This document shows, piece by piece, positions 10,835 through 19,232 of a stretch of DNA of 32,000 nucleotides. The notes under the pieces were generated by a model that searched no databases, was not told where the DNA came from, and saw only the letters and a program-made list of their open reading frames with translations. The stretch comes from Burkholderiaceae bacterium. Its GTDB lineage: Bacteria; Pseudomonadota; Gammaproteobacteria; Burkholderiales; Burkholderiaceae_E. Numbering within the stretch: position 1 is the first letter of the stretch; every line of letters starts with the position of its first letter. Where the stretch lies: the NCBI GenBank assembly GCA_016710525.1, contig JADJVQ010000038.1:13986-45985 (forward strand), in the 5' to 3' direction. The translations under genes and the position numbers were made by a program.

Positions 10835-12520
10835 ATGGCCGACACCCCCACTCCCAATGCCGCCGCTGAAACGCGCCCCCTGCGAACCGCCGCCACCGTG
10901 GTGGTCATGCGCGACTCGCCGTCAGGCATCGAGGTGCTGCTGCTGCGCCGCGCCGAGCGGGGCGACCACAGCAGCGGCGCCTGGGTATTCCCGGGCGGCG
11001 TGCTCGACGCGCAGGATCGCGACTGTGCGGCCTTCTGCGGCACCCTGGACGATGCGGCGGCCAGCGCCTCGATGGGCCTGACCGAAGGCGGCCTGGACTA
11101 CTACGTGGCCGCCATCCGCGAATGCTTCGAAGAGGCCGGCCTGCTGCTGGCCACCGGCGCCGATGGACACCTGCTGAACCTGGCGGGCGATATCGGCGCC
11201 GAGATGGGGCCCTGGCGCTCGCGGCTGCATCGGGGCGACGCCACCATGGCCCAGTTCTGCAGCCACTTCGGCCTGACGCTGGCCACCGACCGCCTCGCCT
11301 ACTTCAGCCGCTGGGTCACTCCGGCGATCCGGGCCAAGCGCTGGGATACCCGGTTCTTCTTTGCGATCGCGCCCACCGAACAGGAATCCGCCCACGACGA
11401 GATCGAACTGGTCGAGCAGCTCTGGCTGACACCGGCCGATGCGATCGCACGCAGCGAATCACTGAAGCTGCTCAATCCCACCCGCTACACGCTCGAAACC
11501 TTGTCCGGGTTCGCCACGACCGCCGAGATGATGGCGCATGCCCGCACGCCGCGAACGGTCGCGCTGCCCATGCCGCGCATCGCCGACGGACCCCAGGGCA
11601 TGCTGCCGGTCAGCGCCGATCAGTTCGCCTGGGCCGAGGTCGGCAAGCTCGATCCGCAAGGCCATGGCACGGCCTCCTATGCCATCGTGCCGGGGCGCGC
11701 GGTGCGCCTGTCCGATCGGGTGATCCGGGTCAGCGCCGACAACAGCGGCATGATGACCGGCCCGGGCACCAACACCTATCTGGTGGGCGGCGGGCCGCGC
11801 AACGAATGGGCGGTCATCGATCCGGGCCCCAGCCTCGCGCCGCACGTCGAGGCCATCCTGAAGGCCGCGCCGGGCCCGATCCGCTGGATCCTGGTCACGC
11901 ACACGCACCAGGACCATTCGCCGGCGGCCAATGAACTGCGCGAGCGCACCGGAGCCCAGGTGCTGGGCCGCATCGCCAACTATCCCCAGAATCAGGATCC
12001 GGCCTTCAAGCCCGATCGCATCCTGGCACACGGCGAGCGCCTCGCCATCGACCAGGACACGACGCTCGCCGTGTTCCACACGCCCGGGCATGCGTCCAAT
12101 CACCTGTGCTACCTGCTCGAACAGGAGCAGATGCTGTTCACCGGCGACCATGTGATGCAGACATCCACGGTCGTCATCGGCCCCCCCGATGGCGACATGG
12201 CCGCCTATCTCGAGTCGCTGCGCGCGCTGCTCAAGGTCGAGCTGAGCTGGTTCGCCCCCGGGCATGGGTTCCTGATGGCGCAGCCGCACAAGGCGCTCGA
12301 AGGCATCGTCGCGCACCGGCTGCGCCGCGAGGCCAAGGTGCTGGAGGCGGTGACCGAACTGGCCGGCGCCGATACCGACGCGCTGCTGGCGCGCGTCTAC
12401 GACGACGTGAAGCCGGGCCTGCATCCGGTCGCGCGTCGCTCGCTGACCGCCCATCTGCAAAAGCTCGTGGCCGACGGACGCGTGCGCCACGACAACGACC
12501 GCTGGAGCGCGGCCGGCTGA
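10835..12520 (+). CDS. Nudix-like domain fused to an MBL-fold metallo-hydrolase
   Basis: I prefer the start ATG 10835 (MADTPTPN). The N-terminal half contains a Nudix-box core (IRECFEEAGLL). The C-terminal half contains the beta-lactamase-fold metal motif THTHQDH and TPGHASNH. Confidence 0.8.
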   Translation: MADTPTPNAAAETRPLRTAATVVVMRDSPSGIEVLLLRRAERGDHSSGAWVFPGGVLDAQDRDCAAFCGTLDDAAASASMGLTEGGLDYYVAAIRECFEEAGLLLATGADGHLLNLAGDIGAEMGPWRSRLHRGDATMAQFCSHFGLTLATDRLAYFSRWVTPAIRAKRWDTRFFFAIAPTEQESAHDEIELVEQLWLTPADAIARSESLKLLNPTRYTLETLSGFATTAEMMAHARTPRTVALPMPRIADGPQGMLPVSADQFAWAEVGKLDPQGHGTASYAIVPGRAVRLSDRVIRVSADNSGMMTGPGTNTYLVGGGPRNEWAVIDPGPSLAPHVEAILKAAPGPIRWILVTHTHQDHSPAANELRERTGAQVLGRIANYPQNQDPAFKPDRILAHGERLAIDQDTTLAVFHTPGHASNHLCYLLEQEQMLFTGDHVMQTSTVVIGPPDGDMAAYLESLRALLKVELSWFAPGHGFLMAQPHKALEGIVAHRLRREAKVLEAVTELAGADTDALLARVYDDVKPGLHPVARRSLTAHLQKLVADGRVRHDNDRWSAAG

Positions 12521-12533
12521 GCCGGGCCGTCGC

Positions 12534-12575
12534 GGTCGGCGATCGGCGGTCGGCGGTCGGCGGTCGGCGGTCGCG
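12534..12575. repeat. Heptanucleotide tandem repeat (GGTCGGC)n, 6 units, 2 of them imperfect
   Basis: The tract reads ggtcggc gatcggc ggtcggc ggtcggc ggtcggc ggtcgcg. It fills the gap between the convergent stop codons of the Nudix-MBL gene (12520) and bchJ (12577). Confidence 0.9.
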
Positions 12576-12576
12576 A

Positions 12577-13185
12577 CTACGAAAGCCTTGCCCGCCAGCT
12601 CAGTTCCAGCACACAGGCCGGCGCCCCGGTGGCCTCGCAGGCCGTTTCGATCACTCGGCTCTCGGGGTGCACCAGCGATCTGAACAGGTGCTCGAAGGTG
12701 GCGGCGTAATAGTCGCAAACAGGCACCTGGCTGGCCACGCCGCGGCACAGCGGGTTGCCGGTGATCGTCAGGACCACCGGCTGCCCATAGCGCGCCTCGA
12801 ACCGGCCGCTGCCGGCAAAGGTCCAGGCATGGCGGCCGATCGCCCGCAGCAGCACGCGGGCGGCCAGAGCGGCCGGCATGCGCCGCAGCAGCGCCTGCAA
12901 GAGGCGCGGGATGCGGTTGGCGAGCAGGTACTCGGCCGTGCGCCTGCCGGCGTCGCGAAAGACCCGGCGGGCCGCGCCGGGCCCCAGGTTGGCCCGCACG
13001 CTGCGATGCAGGCGCGCAACCTCGAGCTCATCGACCATGCGCGCGGGCGGTGCGTCGAAGTAGCCGGCCAGCCCGGCCAGCCGGAACAGGTGGCGCGCGC
13101 TCGCTTCGCCCGGGCCCGCGACCAGGGCATGGGCCACCTGGATCAGGGCGTTGGGCCCGATCCGGGCACCCGCCAGCGCGCTCAT
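12577..13185 (-). CDS. bchJ: BchJ-family protein (V4R domain; annotated historically as bacteriochlorophyll 4-vinyl reductase)
   Basis: 202 aa. The N-terminal ..[11 protein letters not shown].. and the C-terminal Cys-containing V4R-like segment match my recollection of BchJ. Its ATG overlaps the bchE stop (ATGA at 13182..13185), implying translational coupling. Confidence 0.7.
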   Translation of the reverse strand: MSALAGARIGPNALIQVAHALVAGPGEASARHLFRLAGLAGYFDAPPARMVDELEVARLHRSVRANLGPGAARRVFRDAGRRTAEYLLANRIPRLLQALLRRMPAALAARVLLRAIGRHAWTFAGSGRFEARYGQPVVLTITGNPLCRGVASQVPVCDYYAATFEHLFRSLVHPESRVIETACEATGAPACVLELSWRARLS

Positions 13186-14831
13186 CGCACCGGGCCGGTC
13201 GCGTCGACGGCGGTCTCCTCAGCCAGCTGCAGGTCGCCGCCGCCGCAGGCCTTGGCGGCCGCCGCCGCCGCGATCTCTTCGCCTTTTCGGCGGGCAATCT
13301 TGGGTCCATGCATCGTCACCCAGCCGTCGTCGCTGGCGATCGACTCGGTCCCGCTGCCCAGCCGTCGCGACGCATCGAAGCCGAAGTCGACGTTCTTCTT
13401 GGACTGCGGTCCCCAGTAGCCGACCCGCCCGAGGTCATAGAACTTGCGCTGAAACCCGCTCTTCACGAAGGCCTTCAGGCAGCCCAGCATGTAGCTGCGC
13501 TTGGCCTTGTCGCGGATCCACGGGTATTCCAGGAAGGTCTTGCGCATGTAGAACCGGCGGTAGTTGTTCATCACCCGGTCCAGCAGCTCGCTGCGGTCCA
13601 TCGCATCGGGCTTGATGATCGGCGTGACGAAGTTGTACTTGTCGAAGTCGAAGATCTCGACCTTGTCGCCCAGCTCGCGGAACAGATCCGAGAACGGCCA
13701 CGGCGTGTACATCGCCCAGTTGGCCATGTCGGGCTTCCAGTCCATCGCCATCTTGTAGGTTTCTTCGAGGGTCTCGGCGGTTTCGTTCTCGAGCCCGACG
13801 ATGAACTGCGCCTCGGCCACGATGCCGGCATTGCGCAGCAGCGTGATCGCCTTCTTGTTCTGGGCGATCGTGGTCTCCTTGTTGAACCGGTCCAGCTTGA
13901 GCTGCGCGGCGGCCTCGGTGCCCAGCGACACGTGGATCAGCCCGGCCTTGCGGAACAACGGCAGCAGGGCCTCGTCGCGCAGGATGTCGGTCACGCGGGT
14001 GTTGATGCCCCAGAGCACCGGCAGCTTGCGCTCGATCAGCTCCTCGCAGAAGGCGATGAATTTCTTGCGGTGGATCGTCGGCTCTTCGTCGGCCAGGATG
14101 AAAAAGCCCACCTGGTGGTCGCGCACCAGCGATTCGATCTCGTCGACCACCTTCTTGGGATCGCGCACCCGGTAATCGCGCCAGAACTTCCACTGGCTGC
14201 AGAAGCTGCAGGTGAAGGGGCAGCCCCGCGCGAAATTGGGGATGGCCACGCGCACCCCCATCGGGATGTACTGGTAATGGGCCCATTCCAGGATGCCCCA
14301 GTTGGGCTTGATCTTGTCCAGGTCTTCGATCGGCGGTTCGGCCGGCGTGGCCACCACCGTGTCATCGGCCAGATAGGCAATGCCGCGCACCTGCGAACGG
14401 TCGGCGGCCCAGCGGCCCTCGTCGATCGCCCTGACCAGGTTCAGGAAGACCTGTTCGCCCTCGCCGCGCACGACCACGTCGATCCATGGCGCCTCCTTGA
14501 GCACCTGCGGATACATGAACGTGCCATGGATGCCGCCCAGCACCGTCACCGCGTTCGGCGCCACTTCCTTGGCGATCTTCAGCAGGTTCTCGGCCGTGTA
14601 GATGGCCGGCGTGATGGCGGTGGCGCCGATGATGTCCGGGCCGAAGGCGACGATACGCTCGCGCACCTGGTCGTCGCTCAGATGGTGGGTCATCGCATCG
14701 ACGAAGAGCACCTCGGAGTACCCGCCCGCCTTCAGGTACCCGGTCAGGTACGCAACCCAGGCCGGAGGCCAGTTGCCGGCGATTTCAGCGCCCCCGGAGT
14801 GGTAGTTCGGGTGGATCAGCAGAATGCGCAT
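13182..14831 (-). CDS. bchE: Anaerobic Mg-protoporphyrin IX monomethyl ester oxidative cyclase (B12-binding radical SAM)
   Basis: 549 aa. The N-terminus [34 protein letters not shown] is the characteristic BchE N-terminus. A B12-binding-type domain is followed by the radical-SAM cluster motif CPFTCSFC. Confidence 0.9.
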   Translation of the reverse strand: MRILLIHPNYHSGGAEIAGNWPPAWVAYLTGYLKAGGYSEVLFVDAMTHHLSDDQVRERIVAFGPDIIGATAITPAIYTAENLLKIAKEVAPNAVTVLGGIHGTFMYPQVLKEAPWIDVVVRGEGEQVFLNLVRAIDEGRWAADRSQVRGIAYLADDTVVATPAEPPIEDLDKIKPNWGILEWAHYQYIPMGVRVAIPNFARGCPFTCSFCSQWKFWRDYRVRDPKKVVDEIESLVRDHQVGFFILADEEPTIHRKKFIAFCEELIERKLPVLWGINTRVTDILRDEALLPLFRKAGLIHVSLGTEAAAQLKLDRFNKETTIAQNKKAITLLRNAGIVAEAQFIVGLENETAETLEETYKMAMDWKPDMANWAMYTPWPFSDLFRELGDKVEIFDFDKYNFVTPIIKPDAMDRSELLDRVMNNYRRFYMRKTFLEYPWIRDKAKRSYMLGCLKAFVKSGFQRKFYDLGRVGYWGPQSKKNVDFGFDASRRLGSGTESIASDDGWVTMHGPKIARRKGEEIAAAAAAKACGGGDLQLAEETAVDATGPVR

Positions 14832-14859
14832 CGTTTGCCCCCGGTGTATCTGTTTGTTG

Positions 14860-14924
14860 TGTCCAGTTATCGTTACTCACGACATGTCACTTTGCATTGA
14901 CATTTGTCGATCCAAGTTCCGACA
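14860..14924. promoter_or_regulatory. Candidate PpsR/CrtJ operator array (plus an FNR-like site) in the bchE upstream region
   Basis: TGTCACTTTGCATTGACA (14885..14902) is an exact match to TGTc-N10-gACA (TGT-N12-ACA). Seven bp upstream lies a degenerate copy, TGTCCAGTTATCGTTACT (14860..14877, TGT-N12-ACT). Adjacent is TGTCG-N10-CGACA (14905..14924). GACATGTC is a perfect palindrome at 14881..14888. TTGAC-ATTT-GTCGA (14897..14910) matches the FNR consensus TTGAT-N4-ATCAA at 7 of 10 positions. All lie 29-93 bp upstream of the bchE ATG. Confidence 0.5.
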
Positions 14925-15030
14925 CCGGCAGGCTCGCCCGCCTTGCGCCACAATCCGCGATCGCCGTCCGCCCGGCCGCGGGTACTGCCGGGGCGGGCAG
15001 TTTCGTCCCGCACCCTTTCCTGGAGCTTCG

Positions 15031-16026
15031 ATGACCCGTCCCCTGGTGCTGCTGACCAATCCGATCGAGCCGCTCGAGCGGCTCCGCCTGGCCGAACACT
15101 GCGAGGTGATCGAGTTGGCCGCTGTCGACGCCGCCAGCGTGCTGGCGGGGGCTCGCGAGGCGCAGGCGATCATCGTCCGTGCGAACCTTCCCGAGGACAT
15201 CTTCGAACGCTGTCCGGGCGTGCTGGCCGCGGTGCGCCACGGCGCCGGCACCGACATGATTCCGGTGGAGCGGGCCACGGCAGCCGGCGTGATGGTCGCC
15301 AATGCGCCGGGCGCCAATGCGGTGACGGTGGCCGAGTACGCGGCCAGCCAGATGCTGCAGCTGTCGCGGCAGCTCGCCCGGATCGACCGGACCTTGCGCG
15401 AACAGGACTGGGCGCGCGCGCGGCTGATCTCCGATGGCGGCAGCGACCTGGCCGGACGCACGCTCGGGGTGATCGGTACCGGTGCGATCGGCAGTGCGCT
15501 GGGGCGCATTGCCGGGTTGGGCCTGTCGATGAACGTGCTCGGCCACCGCCGCAGTCCCGGCGCCCTGCCCGAGCCGATGCAGCGGGCCGGCCTGGAAGAA
15601 CTGCTGGAGCGCTCCGACTACGTCGCGCTGACCTGCCCGCTGACCGAACAGACGCGGGGTCTGATCGGCGCGGCGCAACTGGCGCGCATGAAGCCCGGTG
15701 CACGCCTGATCAATGTGTCACGGGGGCCGGTCGTCGACCAGGCTGCACTGGTCGAGGCGCTGCGCCGCGGCCATCTGGGCGGCGCGGCGCTCGATGTGTT
15801 CGAGACCCAGCCGCTGCCGGCGGACTCGCCGCTCTGGCACTTTCCCAACGTGCTGCTGTCGCCGCACATGGCGGGCATCACCGCCGACAGCATGCGCCGG
15901 ATGAGCCGCATGGTGGTCGACCAGACCCTGGAGATGCTGGCAGGACGTCCGCCCCGCCACTTCGTCAACCCCCTGGTCTGGCCGGACCGGCGGCCCAATC
16001 CGTTCGCGGCGCCGGGACCGGCCTGA
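15031..16026 (+). CDS. D-isomer-specific 2-hydroxyacid dehydrogenase family protein (NAD-binding)
   Basis: Start ATG 15031 (MTRPLVLL) follows GGAG. NAD motif GVIGTGAIGSAL is present, as are the catalytic-region motifs INVSRGPVVD, LDVFETQPLP and SPHMAG. Confidence 0.85.
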   Translation: MTRPLVLLTNPIEPLERLRLAEHCEVIELAAVDAASVLAGAREAQAIIVRANLPEDIFERCPGVLAAVRHGAGTDMIPVERATAAGVMVANAPGANAVTVAEYAASQMLQLSRQLARIDRTLREQDWARARLISDGGSDLAGRTLGVIGTGAIGSALGRIAGLGLSMNVLGHRRSPGALPEPMQRAGLEELLERSDYVALTCPLTEQTRGLIGAAQLARMKPGARLINVSRGPVVDQAALVEALRRGHLGGAALDVFETQPLPADSPLWHFPNVLLSPHMAGITADSMRRMSRMVVDQTLEMLAGRPPRHFVNPLVWPDRRPNPFAAPGPA

Positions 16027-16914
16027 TCAGGCCGCGGCGCTGCCCGAGCCCACCGGCAGGGCCTGCACGCATTCGGGACGGCCCGACCATTCCCAGGCCA
16101 GGCTGGTTCGGGACACGCCGAGCAGCAGGCCGTGCAGGTTCTTGGGATGGACCCACAGGCCTTCGCGTTCGGAGGCGATATCGCCACTGCGCGGGGTCAG
16201 GGTGGCCCCCGCGTCGAGCATGCGCGCCTTCAGGCCGTCGAAATCGTGGGTCTCGAGGTAGCACATGTACAGCGAGTCGCCGCCGCGCCGCTCGACGAAG
16301 CGGCGCATCGCGCCGGGCCGGTCGGCGAAGGTCTGGGAGAGTTCGATGCGATCCAGGCGCGCCGGCGGATCGAACAGCGTGAGCGTGCCCTCGTAGCCGA
16401 AGCGCTTGCTGGAAATCGGCGAGAACCGGCTGGCATCGAGCTTGAACATCGTCGCGTAACGCTGCGCCACCACCTGCCAGTCGGTGTCCAGGGTGTTGGT
16501 CGCCTCGTAGAAAAAGCTGACCGGACCGATCCGCGGCCGCTCGACGAGCGGCGAGATCACCATCGGAAACCCGAAGGTGCTGGTGCCCGGCAGGTGCAGG
16601 CGGCCATCCTCGCGCGCCAGCGGCACGCCGAGCTCATCCAGATGGGCGGCCAGCGCATCGAAGCGTGACGAGGCATACCCGGCCGCCAGCAGGCCTTCGC
16701 CCCAGCGGTCGATGAATTCCTGCACCGGCCCGGGACCGGCCGGTTCGCACAATTCGAGTTCGCTCTCGCCCAGGCGCATCACGAGGCGGTGGGCATTCAG
16801 GCAGGCGCTGCGGCTGTCGCGATCGGGCTGCGCGCCGAGCATCGAGGCGAAGGTGGCGGCGGCAAGGTTGCGGCTGCGAACCGCGATCAGCATTCGGTCG
16901 ACACGATCGAGCAT
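16027..16914 (-). CDS. VOC/glyoxalase-like domain protein (hypothetical)
   Basis: This is only the last 295 codons of the 1303-aa track ORF. The start MLDRVDRMLIAV at 16914 has GGAG upstream. The sequence resembles a tandem glyoxalase/bleomycin-resistance-like fold protein; the family assignment is from recollection only. Confidence 0.55.
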   Translation of the reverse strand: MLDRVDRMLIAVRSRNLAAATFASMLGAQPDRDSRSACLNAHRLVMRLGESELELCEPAGPGPVQEFIDRWGEGLLAAGYASSRFDALAAHLDELGVPLAREDGRLHLPGTSTFGFPMVISPLVERPRIGPVSFFYEATNTLDTDWQVVAQRYATMFKLDASRFSPISSKRFGYEGTLTLFDPPARLDRIELSQTFADRPGAMRRFVERRGGDSLYMCYLETHDFDGLKARMLDAGATLTPRSGDIASEREGLWVHPKNLHGLLLGVSRTSLAWEWSGRPECVQALPVGSGSAAA

Positions 16915-16952
16915 GGCGGATCTCCGGAAAAGACAGTGAAATGCTCCTGCCC

Positions 16953-17924
16953 TCAGGGCAGGAGGTCGGACGAAGGCAGGCCGTCGCGCAGCAGCGAGGC
17001 CAGATCGGCATCGGCACCCAGCCCCAGCGCAGCGGCCCGATCGAAGGTGCAGGCCAGTGGCCAGGCACCGAACTGGGCGACGAGCCCGGGCGCCGGTGCG
17101 TCGGCGAACCGGACGCGCGCCGGCGCGCGGGCGTCCGATTGCGCCAGCGCCGCCACGATCTGCGCCACGCTGACGGCCAGCGCCGGCGCATTGACGGTGC
17201 GCACCGCGCCGATCGCCTCGCCAGGAAGATCGCCGAGGCGCAGCAGATTGTCGATCACCCGCGGCAGCGAACACAGCCAGGTGGTCGCCTGCGGGCCAAC
17301 CGGACAGGTGTAGGACCGGCCGGCCAGCGGCTCGCGGATGAGATCGCTGTTGAATCCCGACAGCGCGCCATTGGGCAGCGGCGGGCGCACCACCACGCCG
17401 GGCAGGCGCAGCGCGCGCCCGTCGATGAAACCGCGGCGCGTGTAGTCGTCGATCAGCAGTTCGATCACCCGCTTGTGTGCGCCGTAGCTCAGGGTCGGCA
17501 AGGCCGGCGTGTGATCGTCGATGCGCGCCGGCAGGGGCACACCGAACACCGCAATCGAGCTGGCGTAGACGAAGCGCACCCGCGGCCCGCCCGCCTGCGC
17601 CTGACGCCGGCAGCACTCGAGCAGGGCGAGCGTGGCTTCGAGATTGACCCGAAGACCGGCCTCGAAATCGGATTCCGCGGCACCGCTGACGATGCCGGCC
17701 AGATGAAAAAGGCGACCGACCGGGCGCGCGAACAGGCGCTGCTGGTGGCTCGCATCGGCCACGTTCCCGGCCAGGCTGCCCGGCCCGTCGATGACCTGGT
17801 CGGTGAGCAGCAGGCCGTCGGGTCCCAGGCGCGGATCGGCCCGCAGGGCCCGGGCCAGGGCGCGGCCGATGAAGCCGGCCGCTCCGGTGATTAGCACAAG
17901 GGTATCGGGCGCTGCCAGGCTCAT
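16953..17924 (-). CDS. NAD-dependent epimerase/dehydratase SDR, DenD-like (D-erythronate dehydrogenase family)
   Basis: 323 aa with Rossmann motif VLITGAAGFIGRAL. The blocks FHLAGIVSGAAESDFEAGLRVNLEAT, SSIAVFG, SYGAHKRVIELLIDDYTRRGFIDGRALRLPGVVVRP and IREPLAG resemble the DenD family as I recall it. Confidence 0.65.
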   Translation of the reverse strand: MSLAAPDTLVLITGAAGFIGRALARALRADPRLGPDGLLLTDQVIDGPGSLAGNVADASHQQRLFARPVGRLFHLAGIVSGAAESDFEAGLRVNLEATLALLECCRRQAQAGGPRVRFVYASSIAVFGVPLPARIDDHTPALPTLSYGAHKRVIELLIDDYTRRGFIDGRALRLPGVVVRPPLPNGALSGFNSDLIREPLAGRSYTCPVGPQATTWLCSLPRVIDNLLRLGDLPGEAIGAVRTVNAPALAVSVAQIVAALAQSDARAPARVRFADAPAPGLVAQFGAWPLACTFDRAAALGLGADADLASLLRDGLPSSDLLP

Positions 17925-17936
17925 GTCCGGGCGTCT

Positions 17937-19124
17937 TTACGCACGCGAGGCAGAGCGGCCTCGGCCATCCGGCAGGCCCCAGGCGATGATCACGCCCAGC
18001 ACGTTGCCGGCAGCGGCGATCAGCACCGCGGTGCCGTACCCCTGCGTGCGATCGTAGAGCCATCCGGCCAGCACCGGCAGACTGACCGCGGCGATGCACC
18101 AGGCGATGTACAGCTGACTGGCCACGCGGCCGAACGAGTTCTTGTGCCAGTACTGGGCGATCGCACCAGCGGTGGTGCCGGAGATGAAACCGTAGCCCAT
18201 GCCGATCATCGTCAGCGCGGGAATGGCCACCCAGGGACCCGGCCACACGCTGAGCAGGATTGCCCCGGCCAGCGAAAACAGGTGCGCGAACACCGCCACG
18301 CGCGGCACCGCGAACCGGTCGACCATCCAGCCGCCGCCGATGCGCGCCGCGGCGATCGCACCGGTGATGAAGGTGGTCGCGCCGAGGGCCAGCATCGTCT
18401 GGCCGCCATAGGCCTGCACGATGCCGGCGGCCTGGCTCATCACCGTGAGGCCGGCCGCGGCGGCCAGGAAAAAGACCGAAAACAGGCGGGCGAAGATTGC
18501 CCAGCGGGGATTGTCGTCGACCGCCACGCCCGGCGTGCTGTCCTGCATGCGGATATCGGCCAGGCGCAGCAGCGCGGCGCTCAGCAGCGAGGCGCCCAGC
18601 ACCGTGGCCGCCAGCCCCGCCAGCGTGGGACGAAGTCCGTAGGCCACGATCGCCCAGCCGAACAGCGGCGCGCCGATCATCGCCCCCAGCGGGTACAGGC
18701 CGATCACATAGCCGTTGACCAGCCCGGTTTTGGTCTGCACGGTCTGGTTGACCCCCTGCTGCACGACGATGAAGGCCACGCCTCCACCCAGCCCGAACAG
18801 CAGCCCGTAGCCCACCATCAGCTCGAACAGACCGCTGGCGCGGGCCGTCAGCGCCAGTCCGACCGCGCTGAACGCGCCGGCCATTGCGATCAGCGTAAAC
18901 GGCGACAGGCGGCGGAACAGAAACGGCGCGAGGTTCATGCCCGCCGTCAGGCTGCAGGCGGCCAGCCCGAAGATCAGGGTCATGTCGGCACGGCTGATGC
19001 CCAGCATGGACTCCATCGGCTTCAGGAAAACACTGAATGCGTAGATGGTCCCGAACGGCAGGTTGATGGCGGTCGCGGCCGCGATCGCGGCAGCCGAACG
19101 CTGACCCGGCGTGAGGGCGCTCAA
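17937..19124 (-). CDS. MFS transporter (oxalate/formate antiporter-like family)
   Basis: 395 aa, multi-pass hydrophobic, with an N-terminal FGTIYAFSVF motif typical of OFA-type MFS proteins. The track start is a TTG (19124) with no obvious SD, so the start is uncertain. Confidence 0.75.
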   Translation of the reverse strand: MSALTPGQRSAAAIAAATAINLPFGTIYAFSVFLKPMESMLGISRADMTLIFGLAACSLTAGMNLAPFLFRRLSPFTLIAMAGAFSAVGLALTARASGLFELMVGYGLLFGLGGGVAFIVVQQGVNQTVQTKTGLVNGYVIGLYPLGAMIGAPLFGWAIVAYGLRPTLAGLAATVLGASLLSAALLRLADIRMQDSTPGVAVDDNPRWAIFARLFSVFFLAAAAGLTVMSQAAGIVQAYGGQTMLALGATTFITGAIAAARIGGGWMVDRFAVPRVAVFAHLFSLAGAILLSVWPGPWVAIPALTMIGMGYGFISGTTAGAIAQYWHKNSFGRVASQLYIAWCIAAVSLPVLAGWLYDRTQGYGTAVLIAAAGNVLGVIIAWGLPDGRGRSASRA

Positions 19125-19206
19125 GCGGAGTAGGGGCGCGACGGCATCGCCCGATTATCGTCGATGTGCCGCATACGCGGACGGATCGGGCGGCCGGATC
19201 GAAACA

Positions 19207-19224
19207 GCCCGCCTCACGGCGGGC
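19207..19224 (-). terminator. Candidate intrinsic terminator downstream of the Bug-family remnant
   Basis: GCCCGCC (19207..19213) / GGCGGGC (19218..19224) form a perfect 7-bp GC stem with a 4-nt loop. It lies 9 nt after the TAA of the 97-aa ORF and is followed on the minus strand by TGTTTCGAT. Confidence 0.4.
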
Positions 19225-19232
19225 CCTTCGGC

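Noticed and set aside
12534-12575. Considered whether the tandem repeat could be a CRISPR array or a coding repeat
   Set aside because: The units are 7 nt and directly abutting, with no spacers. The tract is far too short for CRISPR, and it lies outside both flanking reading frames.
14897-14902. Perfect TTGACA hexamer as a -35 for a plus-strand promoter driving the 2-hydroxyacid dehydrogenase
   Set aside because: There is no acceptable -10 hexamer at 16-18 nt spacing (cgacac/ccgaca). The hexamer is better explained as the right arm of the PpsR-type palindrome.
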